This document shows positions 55,444 to 63,950 of a stretch of DNA of 64,000 nt, one piece after another. Location of the stretch: positions 3,732-67,731 of the forward strand of contig JAIBAE010000012.1 in assembly GCA_019695345.1 (NCBI GenBank), in the 5' to 3' direction. The notes beneath the pieces are model-generated. The model searched no databases. It was not told where the DNA came from and saw only the letters and a program-made list of their open reading frames with translations. The translations under genes and the position numbers were made by a program. Position 1 is the first letter of the stretch. The number at the start of each line of letters is the position of its first letter. This DNA comes from Bacteroidota bacterium (lineage in GTDB: Bacteria; Bacteroidota; Ignavibacteria; Kapaibacteriales; NICIL-2).

Positions 55444-56658
55444 CTACTCCCACACCCTGCGCATGTCTTGTTCAGTTACCTTGTCAGTAAGTTTGATGTA
55501 TTTTTTGAATGTCTTATAATCTTTGTGCCCGGTAATGCGCATAATGGTATCTACTCTCATTCCCTTTTCTAAAGATAGCGTAACAAAGGTTCGGCGTGCT
55601 GTGTGAGTAGAGATAAACTTATACTTTGGTTCTTTGCTTGTTATTCGTTCGTTACCTCTGTACCGTGTGATTTCTTCCGGTGAATCTATACCTGCTTGTT
55701 GTGCGGCTTCTTTGATGTACGTATTCATCTTTTGGCTGCTGATAACTGGAAGTTTTTGCAACCCTGTATATTTATCAAGAATACTCTGTGCATTTTTAGT
55801 GATTGGTATTTTTAAGACATCTTTGGTTTTTGTTGTACGTAAGTGCCAGTTACTATCTTTAATATTATCAGTATGTAACTGGCATATGTCGCTATAACGC
55901 TGTCCTGTAAGACACTGGAAACAGAATATATCTCTCGCTCTGTCAAGTTTGGGATTATCAGAAAAATCGTATTGTAGTAATCGTAGTAACTCGTCTTCAG
56001 TCAGATAGACAATATCAACTTGCTCATCCATCGGTTTGAATTTCTTGTAACCATTGTTACCATGAAAACCATGTTCTTTTGCCCAGTGCATAAATGTTTT
56101 TAATGCAGTAATGTATTTACTCAGCGTATTGTTTGTTACTCCTTTATCTACCAACATATAGGTAGTAAATATCTCATAGAAGTTGTTATCAATGGTATCA
56201 AATGAAAGTTTATATTTCTTTGCAATAGAAAAATTGGTTAGATGTTGAATTACCGTTAGGTGTTTGTTACTACTATTTCGTGCATAGTGTACAGACTTTC
56301 TTTCCACAAACATTTTGTATGCTGATAGAAACTCCGCTTTCTTTTCTGCTACTTTAGGATTCTTAAATGCCATGATAGCACTCTGTATAGTTGCATAGTC
56401 TGCATCCGGATGTTCTCGTAAACAGTTTCGGTAGGTAGAAAGAATACCATTCTTTAAAGCATCTAACCTTCCGTTTAACTCCATCGAGTTCGCAAGCGAC
56501 CGCTTAGCTTTTTGCTTGTCGGAATCCCAATGCTTTTCTGCAATATATTCACCTGTTTTAAACACCATTGTATTGCCTCTAACAATCCCCCTGATGTATA
56601 TATAAAGACCACGCTCCTCACGTTTCGATTTTCTATCTAAATAGATGTTAATAGTCAT
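55444..56658 (-). CDS. Tyrosine site-specific integrase (Bacteroidetes type with N-terminal Arm-DNA-binding domain)
   Basis: N-terminus MTINIYLDRKSKREERGLYIYIRG... Catalytic contexts CLTGQRYSD (Arg), HTARRTF (His-x-x-Arg), GHKDYKTFKKYIK (His...Tyr). Confidence 0.9.
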   Translation of the reverse strand: MTINIYLDRKSKREERGLYIYIRGIVRGNTMVFKTGEYIAEKHWDSDKQKAKRSLANSMELNGRLDALKNGILSTYRNCLREHPDADYATIQSAIMAFKNPKVAEKKAEFLSAYKMFVERKSVHYARNSSNKHLTVIQHLTNFSIAKKYKLSFDTIDNNFYEIFTTYMLVDKGVTNNTLSKYITALKTFMHWAKEHGFHGNNGYKKFKPMDEQVDIVYLTEDELLRLLQYDFSDNPKLDRARDIFCFQCLTGQRYSDICQLHTDNIKDSNWHLRTTKTKDVLKIPITKNAQSILDKYTGLQKLPVISSQKMNTYIKEAAQQAGIDSPEEITRYRGNERITSKEPKYKFISTHTARRTFVTLSLEKGMRVDTIMRITGHKDYKTFKKYIKLTDKVTEQDMRRVWE

Positions 56659-56845
56659 CTCTTCTTAACTATATGTGAAACCAAATTCTGAACTGTGATT
56701 GTAGAAACGTGTATGAAGTTTACATACACATTTCATACACTTTTTACGATTATCTATGAACATAGACGAACATCAAAAAGTTAAAATGTTTGAAATTTGA
56801 TAAATTTTCAACTTCGCAAACATAGGCAAACGTAGAAAAACATAA

Positions 56846-56868
56846 GGTTCGTTTTCCGCCTTCCGCAC
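56846..56868 (+). repeat. attR-type core: degenerate copy of the tRNA-Leu 3' end
   Basis: GGTTCGTTTTCCGCCTTCCGCAC. It cannot form the T-arm, so it is a remnant rather than a gene. Confidence 0.75.
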
Positions 56869-56870
56869 AA

Positions 56871-56906
56871 AAAAGTCCTGTTGTATAAACAGGACTTTTC
56901 TTTTTG
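56871..56906 (+). terminator. Strong hairpin + T-tract, probably the native tRNA-Leu terminator displaced by the island
   Basis: AAAAGTCCTGT-TGTATAA-ACAGGACTTTT (11-bp stem), then CTTTTTG. Confidence 0.65.
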
Positions 56907-57167
56907 CTGGCGCAGGACGGCTTCCGGTGTTGCTTTTTATCAGTGCCTCATGTTGCCGTAGAGAACACGCCAATCTGCGATAACCGTTGTTCGCAGATGA
57001 AGGTACTTTCCCGCCAAGATTTTTTGAGTTTATGTAGCGTTTTGGTGCGGTCGGGCGATAGCAAAAAATTTTACGTATTGTGTACGATTTAACACCTTTT
57101 AGGCAACGGCGTTTGCGTATGTTTGCGGGACTTTTTTTGATATTCACCACATTAGAATAGGACGGTA

Positions 57168-58247
57168 ATGGCAGATTCGAAGGCGAAGCGGTTGTTTCGC
57201 AGTTATATTTATGTTGGTTCCTTGGTAATTATTCCCGCATTGGCTACAGGATACGCATTGTATCAGGCATATATTGGTAATGTTGGCGTTTGGGATATTG
57301 TGCAATGTGCAGTTGGCGTTGTACTTATTATGTTAGGCGCAACCGTTGGTTACCACCGCATGTTGGTTCACCGTAGTTTTGAGGCACACCCCGTTGTACG
57401 CGCATTCTTTTTGATGCTTGGCTCTATGGCTATGCAGGGTCCGGCAATTACATGGGCATCTATTCACCGGAAACACCATGCTTTCAGCGATGACGAAGGC
57501 GACCCACACAGTCCTAATATTGATACGTTTGTTCATTCCCACTTTGAGTGGATGATGGAAATGAGTTTTGATGATGTATATGCTATCCGCGATAAATACG
57601 GAAAACCGTTTGAGAAAGATAGCATGGCGGTATTCTTTGATAAAACATTTTACTTGTGGGTTGCTGTTGGGCTGTTGATTCCGTTTGCACTTGGTGGTTG
57701 GAACGGATTGTTATGGGGTGGTTTGGTACGTACATTTTTAACCAGCCATATTACCTGGAGTGTTAACTCGTGGTGCCACGTTGCGGGGAACAGAATGTTT
57801 AATACAAAAGACCAAAGCCGTAACAACTGGATTGTAGCCATACTTGCCATGGGAGAAGGATGGCACAATAACCACCACGCTTTCCCAAGCAGTGCATTTC
57901 ATGGCATGAAATGGTGGCAAGTTGACTTGAGTGCATATATTATCCGTGGTTTAGAGAAGGTGCGTTTAGCACATAATGTTGTTCGCATTCCACAAGAGAG
58001 AATTGAACAACAATTATCGCGAACTTCCGCAACGCTAAAGCATGTACAAGAAAATGTTCAGCATAAGGTACAAGAAGCAACCCAAGCAGCGCACGATGCC
58101 GCCGAAGTTTTTAAAGCACGTATAGAAGAACAAAAAGAGAAACTCTCGGAGCAAGCAGTTCATGTAAAAGAAACTGCCCTGCGCGAAGCCGATGAACTTG
58201 CGGCAAAAGTTGAGTCTGCTATTTCTCCCAAAGAGAAACTCGCGTAA
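57168..58247 (+). CDS. Acyl-CoA/acyl-lipid (delta-9-type) fatty acid desaturase
   Basis: Three His boxes: HRMLVHRS, HRKHHAFSD, HNNHHAF. N-terminal TM pairs. Confidence 0.85.
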   Translation: MADSKAKRLFRSYIYVGSLVIIPALATGYALYQAYIGNVGVWDIVQCAVGVVLIMLGATVGYHRMLVHRSFEAHPVVRAFFLMLGSMAMQGPAITWASIHRKHHAFSDDEGDPHSPNIDTFVHSHFEWMMEMSFDDVYAIRDKYGKPFEKDSMAVFFDKTFYLWVAVGLLIPFALGGWNGLLWGGLVRTFLTSHITWSVNSWCHVAGNRMFNTKDQSRNNWIVAILAMGEGWHNNHHAFPSSAFHGMKWWQVDLSAYIIRGLEKVRLAHNVVRIPQERIEQQLSRTSATLKHVQENVQHKVQEATQAAHDAAEVFKARIEEQKEKLSEQAVHVKETALREADELAAKVESAISPKEKLA

Positions 58248-58364
58248 CACTTTTTTACAGTTTTTTTGTTGATTGAGTTATGAATAATGAGAATCAAGTG
58301 GTATTCTTGTTGTTCATAACTCTTTTTATGTTTGGGATAAGTGTAGTACGTAGGTGTTTGTTGT

Positions 58365-59099
58365 ATGTCGTTTGGAATAGATACCCTTTTTATATCCATA
58401 TTACTGGTTGCATTAACTATAGCACCGGGAATTGGTATTGGTATGTATATCCATTGGCGCGATAGATTCGACCGCGAACCCCGTGCGTTGTTGCTGAAGT
58501 CGTTTTTCTTGGGAATGCTGGCAATAATCCCGCCTGTTATTGTGCAACTGCTTGCCGAAATGCTTGGCTTTAACCGCCACGAGAACATTGCCACCACCGC
58601 CTTCTATGCTTTTATTATTGTTGCCCTATCCGAAGAACTTTCTAAGTACGCCGTGTTGCGTTTGTATGCGTATCCTAAAAAAGAATTCAACGAACCGTTT
58701 GATGGCATTACCTATTCCGTAATGATAGCCATGGGGTTCGCTACGTTAGAAAACATCTTTTATGTATTTGATGGCGATGTTGAGCGCGGTGTTGAAGTTG
58801 CTTTGCTACGCATGATAACCGCTGTGCCTGCACACGCTGCCGATGCAGTTTTAATGGGATACTTTGCCGGACTTGCCAAGTTCCGTCACGATGGGCAATC
58901 GCTTTTATTTACAGCAATTATGGTTGCGGTAATTGCACACGGCATGTACGATTTCTTTTTGTTTATAGAGCATTTAGGGTTAGTTGCTTTTGGTGCGTTT
59001 GTAGTTCTTGCGGCGGCATTGGTGTTATCGATGCGGGCAATTAAACTACACAATATCCGCTCGCCGTTTCATTCAAACAACCATACGTATCACTCATAA
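58365..59099 (+). CDS. PrsW-family intramembrane metalloprotease
   Basis: Multi-TM protein with EELSKY, FATLENI and HA..D/HGMYD motifs typical of PrsW. Confidence 0.8.
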   Translation: MSFGIDTLFISILLVALTIAPGIGIGMYIHWRDRFDREPRALLLKSFFLGMLAIIPPVIVQLLAEMLGFNRHENIATTAFYAFIIVALSEELSKYAVLRLYAYPKKEFNEPFDGITYSVMIAMGFATLENIFYVFDGDVERGVEVALLRMITAVPAHAADAVLMGYFAGLAKFRHDGQSLLFTAIMVAVIAHGMYDFFLFIEHLGLVAFGAFVVLAAALVLSMRAIKLHNIRSPFHSNNHTYHS

Positions 59100-59280
59100 A
59101 AAAAGGACTTCCTAAACAGGAAGCCCTTTCACAAATTATCATTTTTCGGCTTTGCGATGTTGGGGAATTCAAAGTATAGATGTTCAGTTTAGTACAAATG
59201 CTCAATAGAATTCCAATGCTCAAATTTAGCACATCAGCCTCATCAGGCTCAATATCGCAAACCGATGTTACCTGTCGTTT

Positions 59281-59973
59281 TTATTGTTGCACAAAGCCAA
59301 ACTTGTAAGACTTATTTGTCTGCTTTTTTATTAAAGTCAATGTGTCGCCAAATTGAGATTTAATAACCATATCGCCAATTGCAGCTACGTCCGTAAACTG
59401 TTTGCTATCGCTATTTTTATTTGGAATCGATGTAAATGAAAATTCATTGTCAATGTTGTTTAAAACAAAGTATTCAGATGAGTCAACCTTAACAACGTGT
59501 GTTATTTCACCCTTAAAAGTTGCGTCATTAAATATTTTGTATGCCTTTTGTTCGTCTGTATAAACTTTAATGAAAATTCCTTGGTCACCCATTTTATCAA
59601 ACTCAATTAGTGTGTCGCCTTTTAATTTATAGTCAAACCGAAATTTGTCTGTAGAAATCCAAATTGCATTTTTGTCCGAATAGCCCATAATGGCTTTTGA
59701 TTTATAATACCAAAATCGGTCGGATTTGATATTGTCAAAATCTGCTTGTCGGTCTGAAACCTGATAATATAAAACGTTTGAAGTGTCTTTTATTTCAATT
59801 AAGGTAAAGCCGTATTTGTTTTGTCTAAACCAAGTGCCGTGCAAACCTTTGAATATTGTCGTGTCCTGTCCAATTGGTTTATTCTTGCTAATAACTTTAT
59901 TCTTTGTCGGCTGATTGTTACAGCTACAAGCAAGAATTGTCAAACAGAAAAAAGCAATGAAATGTTTTGTCAT
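59281..59973 (-). CDS. Hypothetical lipoprotein
   Basis: MTKHFIAFFCLTILACSC lipobox. No recognisable domain. Confidence 0.6.
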   Translation of the reverse strand: MTKHFIAFFCLTILACSCNNQPTKNKVISKNKPIGQDTTIFKGLHGTWFRQNKYGFTLIEIKDTSNVLYYQVSDRQADFDNIKSDRFWYYKSKAIMGYSDKNAIWISTDKFRFDYKLKGDTLIEFDKMGDQGIFIKVYTDEQKAYKIFNDATFKGEITHVVKVDSSEYFVLNNIDNEFSFTSIPNKNSDSKQFTDVAAIGDMVIKSQFGDTLTLIKKQTNKSYKFGFVQQ

Positions 59974-60036
59974 TTAATATTTGTCAATGTTTATGGTTTG
60001 TCTATAATATGGCAGGTAACTGATTGCTAACAACGA

Positions 60037-61209
60037 TTACATCATTTCAACAATCATTGCACTTGCCTCGCCGCCACCAATACACAATGTTGCCAAACCA
60101 TATTTCTTACCTTGGTTTTTAAGTGCATGTAACAACGTAGTAAGCACACGTGCTCCGCTTGCGCCAATAGGATGCCCCAATGCAACAGCACCACCGTTTA
60201 CATTCATCTTCTCAGCCGGGATACCCAGTGTTCCCTGTGCCGCCAACGCTGTTACCGAGAAAGCTTCGTTTACTTCAAACAAATCAATCTGGTCAATGGT
60301 TAATCCTGCTTTTGCAAGAACCTTATTAATTGCATGGATTGGTGCTGTGTTAAAATCTTTTGGTGCATGGGCAAAGCTTGCCTGTGCAAGAATCTTAGCC
60401 ATTGGTGTAAGCCCAAGCTCTTGCACTTTTGCTTCGCTTGCAAGAACAACAGCCGCTGCGCCATCATCAATAGAACTTGCATTAGCGGCAGTAATAGTTC
60501 CATCTTTTTTAAACACCGGTTTTAGTTCGGGGATTTTATCAAACTTCACTTTACCCGGCTCTTCATCTTTATCAATTACAATGTCGCCTTTTCTGTCTTT
60601 AACAACAACCGGAGCTATCTCGTTAGCAAATGCGCCGTTCTTTTGTGCATCAAGTGCGCGGTTATAACTTTGGATAGTAAAAGTGTCCTGCATATCGCGA
60701 TTAATGCTACACTCGGTTGCGCAGGTTTCTGCAAAGTCGCCCATTGGTGCTTTTGCATACGCATCGGTTAAACCATCGTATTGCATCGAGTCCACAATTT
60801 CGCCGTTACCATATTTATAACCGCCACGAGCTTTGGGTAATAAGTATGGGCCGTTGGTCATCGATTCCTGACCGCCCGCAACAACAATCTCTGCATCGCC
60901 GCAACGGATTGCCTGATCGGCAAGCATAACAGCTTTTAATCCGCTACCACAAACTTTATTAATGGTCATACACGGAACAGAATCGGGCAAACCAGCGCCC
61001 AATGCTGCCTGGCGTGCCGGTGCCTGACCAACACCAGCTGTTAATACATTACCCATAATAACTTCACTTACATCGGCAGGGTTAACACCTGCACGTTCAA
61101 CAGCGGCTTTAATAGCAACCGCGCCAAGTTGTGGTGCACTAAATCCCGATAAACTTCCCATAAATGCGCCAATTGGTGTACGCGCTGCCGAAATAATAAA
61201 CGATGCCAT
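60037..61209 (-). CDS. Acetyl-CoA C-acetyltransferase (thiolase II)
   Basis: I start at MASFIISAARTPIGAFMGS (ATG at 61207-61209). Active-site contexts NKVCGSGLKA, NGGAVALGHPIGASG, CIGGGEA. Confidence 0.92.
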   Translation of the reverse strand: MASFIISAARTPIGAFMGSLSGFSAPQLGAVAIKAAVERAGVNPADVSEVIMGNVLTAGVGQAPARQAALGAGLPDSVPCMTINKVCGSGLKAVMLADQAIRCGDAEIVVAGGQESMTNGPYLLPKARGGYKYGNGEIVDSMQYDGLTDAYAKAPMGDFAETCATECSINRDMQDTFTIQSYNRALDAQKNGAFANEIAPVVVKDRKGDIVIDKDEEPGKVKFDKIPELKPVFKKDGTITAANASSIDDGAAAVVLASEAKVQELGLTPMAKILAQASFAHAPKDFNTAPIHAINKVLAKAGLTIDQIDLFEVNEAFSVTALAAQGTLGIPAEKMNVNGGAVALGHPIGASGARVLTTLLHALKNQGKKYGLATLCIGGGEASAMIVEMM

Positions 61210-61332
61210 GAATCTCTCCGTTAATTGGTGATGAATGTTTATTGTTAAAATCAAGTCTGCAAAAATAACCAAACCCACCGATGTAAATAGTGGCGGGATA
61301 TAAATCGTTTATATCACGCTAATTTTGGGTTT

Positions 61333-61395
61333 CGGCAGTTGCCGCAGCAACCCGCAAGCGCGCCAACCCGGTGCGAGCCCACCGTTAAGCGACGC
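61333..61395 (+). repeat. GC-rich intergenic element, forward copy (pair 4, left)
   Basis: CGGCAGTTGCCGCAGCAACCCGCAAGCGCGCCAACCCGGTGCGAGCCC... Confidence 0.6.
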
Positions 61396-61683
61396 ATTTT
61401 TTACAGATTACCTTGTCAATTCCATGCAGTATATTCAATTGCCATAACTGAAAATGCGATGAGCATATATCGGAATGATAAGCGTAACAGGTTCCTCCAG
61501 AGATTTCCTTGTTACGTGTAATGGATACCCGATTTCTCGGGTATGACAGTTCCTAAATAATTCTTATACAGTTTACAAGATTGTCATTCCCGAAAATGCG
61601 GTGAGCATTTATCGGGAACCCAGTTATCGTAATGATTCCTCCAAACAACCATTGCCGTGTTCTCATTCAGCATATCTGCGTTC

Positions 61684-62766
61684 TTACTTCCACTTCGCAA
61701 TCCACTTTTTTTCGGACTCGGTAAGCTGGTCGGTGTTTGGTTTATAGGTTGGGTTTGGCATGTACCAATCTATGTGTTCGTAGTACTTTTTTAGGTCGGG
61801 GTTTGTAAAAACATACCCGCGCCGCGCAAACGGTAGATTCTTTAGTATTCTGCGTTCCTGTTCGTTTTTAGGTTCGGGAATGTTTTCTTGTTGGTACACA
61901 GAAAACGGAAGGTACTGTATATCTTCGGCAGCAAATAAACGCTGTGCATACAGTTGTAATTCACCTTTTGGTTTAAAGTTCATCTTGCGGAATACAAGCA
62001 TACCTTTTTGAATATGGAACTTGACTTCACCAACCTCATTAGAGCCATTCCATTTTGTATCGTACTTACCTACACCTTGTATTTGCCACTCGGTTGCGTT
62101 GCTAAAAAAGCTCTTGGCAATAGCAAACGTTTGGAACTCATCCATATCAAGATTCAAGGTGAAATCGTTAATCTGTTTGTTGCCCCAACGGTTGGCAGCA
62201 GTAAGAATGTAATCAAAACTATACTCAAGGTCAACACCGGAAGAGACATCGTACGTGTACGTGTGTTCTATAATGTTCGTGCCTTCTTTAAACGTTGCAT
62301 TGAAGTGATACACGTAGTAAAAATTTACCTCGTTTACGTTTTCAATACTTGCTTTTATATCTTTTAGTTTTTTGCTTACCACAATCCCATTCTTTGCATA
62401 CAACGAGTCTTCTACATACGCAATGGTATATGGTTGCTGTTTGCTATTAAGCATAACCGTAAAGTTCCTGATGTACGGATGCTGTCCGTTTTTGGGCGTT
62501 CCGTCTACATCGCCCGTTGGCGAGAATGCTTCAAAGCCAACGGTTAGTTTTTTCTCTTTGCCCGGGTTAAAAAACTCGTAGTACACGGTTACTTCTATGT
62601 ACTTGTTGGCGGTCTTTTTTATGGTAAGTATTTCTTTCTGTACGGTAATATCCGTTTCGGAAATTGGTATAAGCTGGTTACCCTTTGTATAAAACGCACC
62701 ATCGTTTGCCAATGCCGCATAAGCACTACCAAGTAAAAGCAATACAAGAAGTGTGAAGTGTTTCAT
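61684..62766 (-). CDS. YARHG-domain protein with N-terminal exported domain
   Basis: I use the ATG at 62764-62766, giving the signal MKHFTLLVLLLLGSAYAALA. The longer ORF-track start reads through the GC-rich repeat. C-terminal LPFARRGYVFTNPDLKKYYEHIDWYMPNP is the YARHG motif. Confidence 0.75.
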   Translation of the reverse strand: MKHFTLLVLLLLGSAYAALANDGAFYTKGNQLIPISETDITVQKEILTIKKTANKYIEVTVYYEFFNPGKEKKLTVGFEAFSPTGDVDGTPKNGQHPYIRNFTVMLNSKQQPYTIAYVEDSLYAKNGIVVSKKLKDIKASIENVNEVNFYYVYHFNATFKEGTNIIEHTYTYDVSSGVDLEYSFDYILTAANRWGNKQINDFTLNLDMDEFQTFAIAKSFFSNATEWQIQGVGKYDTKWNGSNEVGEVKFHIQKGMLVFRKMNFKPKGELQLYAQRLFAAEDIQYLPFSVYQQENIPEPKNEQERRILKNLPFARRGYVFTNPDLKKYYEHIDWYMPNPTYKPNTDQLTESEKKWIAKWK

Positions 62767-62833
62767 GGAGAATAAAGTAAATGTAGTTTCTGACTTCTGC
62801 TTACGCGGTATAATTATTCTACAACACTCCCAC

Positions 62834-62904
62834 GCGCCGCTGTACCGCTTGGGGCGGACAGAGTTGCCGCGCACACCGGCGCGCTTCGGCAATGGCGGGT
62901 TACC
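62834..62904 (-). repeat. GC-rich intergenic element, reverse copy (pair 4, right)
   Basis: Reverse complement is GGTAACCCGCCATTGCCGAAGCGCGCCGGTGTGCGCGGCAACTCTGTCCGCCCC... Confidence 0.6.
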
Positions 62905-62936
62905 ACTATGCTGTTACAGATTTGGTTGTAGATACT

Positions 62937-63950
62937 TTATAACTGGCGTAACATGCGTACATCGTTTTCGTAGAGCATGCGGGCATCGTCTATGCCGTGT
63001 AGTAACATGGCAACGCGCTCTATACCAAACCCAAATGCGTAGCCGCTGTATTCTTCGGGGTCTATGCCGCACTCGGTAAGTACGTTGGGGTGAACCATGC
63101 CGCAACCAACTACTTCCAGCCAACCGCTGTATTTGCATACGCGGCAACCTTTGCCTTTACATAAAAAGCAGGTGATGTCCATTTCGGCACTTGGCTCGGT
63201 AAAGGGGAAGTACGATGCGCGGAAACGGTAGTTTATGTCGTGACCGTACATTTGTTGTGCAAAGGCAATTACTGTTCCTTTTAGTTCGGCAAAGCTTACG
63301 TTTTTGTTAATGTACAACCCTTCCATCTGGTGGAACTCTGCAAGGGCGCGCGCGGTGATAGATTCGTTACGGTACACTCTGCCCGGCATAACCGCACGGA
63401 TTGGCGGCTTCATGGATTTCATTAGCCGAACCTGCACGGGGCTTGTGTGTGTGCGCAGAAGTACTTTATCCTTATGTTCAATAAAAAAGGTGTCCTGCAT
63501 ATCGCGTGCAGGATGGTCGGGCGCAAAGTTCAGTGCCTCGAAGTTGTGGTAATCATCTTCAATATCGGGACCTTCGGCAACTTCAAAGCCCATGCGGATA
63601 AATATATCCGTCATGCGGTCAATGGTCTGGCGGATAGGATGCAACGAGCCCTTAGGCAAGGTGCGTCCGGGTAGAGTTAAATCTAAGGCGTTGCGTTCTT
63701 CTTTGGCGGTTTCGTACACTTCGCGCAGTTTGTGGTATTCTGCTTCTACAAATTGGCGAAGCTCGTTGAGTTGTTTTCCAACATGTGGTTTTTCTTCTTT
63801 GGGAACCTCGCGCAGACGGTCGGTTAGGGCGCGCAGAGTTCCTTTTTGTACAAGATGTTTCAAGCGGAACTGCTCTAACTCAATTGCATCTTTAACAGAA
63901 TGAAGCGAGTTTTCAATTTCGCTGCGAAGATTTTTAATATCGTTAATCAT
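62937..63950 (-). CDS. pheS: Phenylalanine--tRNA ligase alpha subunit
   Basis: I start at MINDIKNLRSEIE (ATG at 63948-63950). HPARDMQDTFF, LLRTHTSPVQ, and class II motif 3 GFGIERVAML. Confidence 0.93.
   Translation of the reverse strand: MINDIKNLRSEIENSLHSVKDAIELEQFRLKHLVQKGTLRALTDRLREVPKEEKPHVGKQLNELRQFVEAEYHKLREVYETAKEERNALDLTLPGRTLPKGSLHPIRQTIDRMTDIFIRMGFEVAEGPDIEDDYHNFEALNFAPDHPARDMQDTFFIEHKDKVLLRTHTSPVQVRLMKSMKPPIRAVMPGRVYRNESITARALAEFHQMEGLYINKNVSFAELKGTVIAFAQQMYGHDINYRFRASYFPFTEPSAEMDITCFLCKGKGCRVCKYSGWLEVVGCGMVHPNVLTECGIDPEEYSGYAFGFGIERVAMLLHGIDDARMLYENDVRMLRQL

Larger units (their letters stand above)
22004..56868. mobile_element. tRNA-Leu-associated integrative genomic island (~34.9 kb). 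No conjugation or phage structural genes seen.
   Basis: Bounded by the tRNA 3'-end direct repeat. A tyrosine integrase lies just inside the right end and an Xis-like HTH gene just inside the left end. The interior (especially 32-55 kb) is visibly more AT-rich than the flanks. Confidence 0.75.

Noticed and set aside
56773-57150. 125-aa minus-strand ORF next to the integrase
   Set aside because: It spans the tRNA remnant, the strong terminator hairpin and repeat fragments. The Arg/Lys-rich composition is typical of spurious ORFs.
58160-58597. 145-aa minus-strand ORF and 61-aa plus-strand ORF (58280-58465) between the desaturase and PrsW genes
   Set aside because: They overlap the well-supported desaturase 3' end and PrsW 5' end and have no motifs. 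The antisense ORFs in the thiolase gene (60296-60667) and the Lys-rich gene (21424-21693) were dismissed for the same reason.
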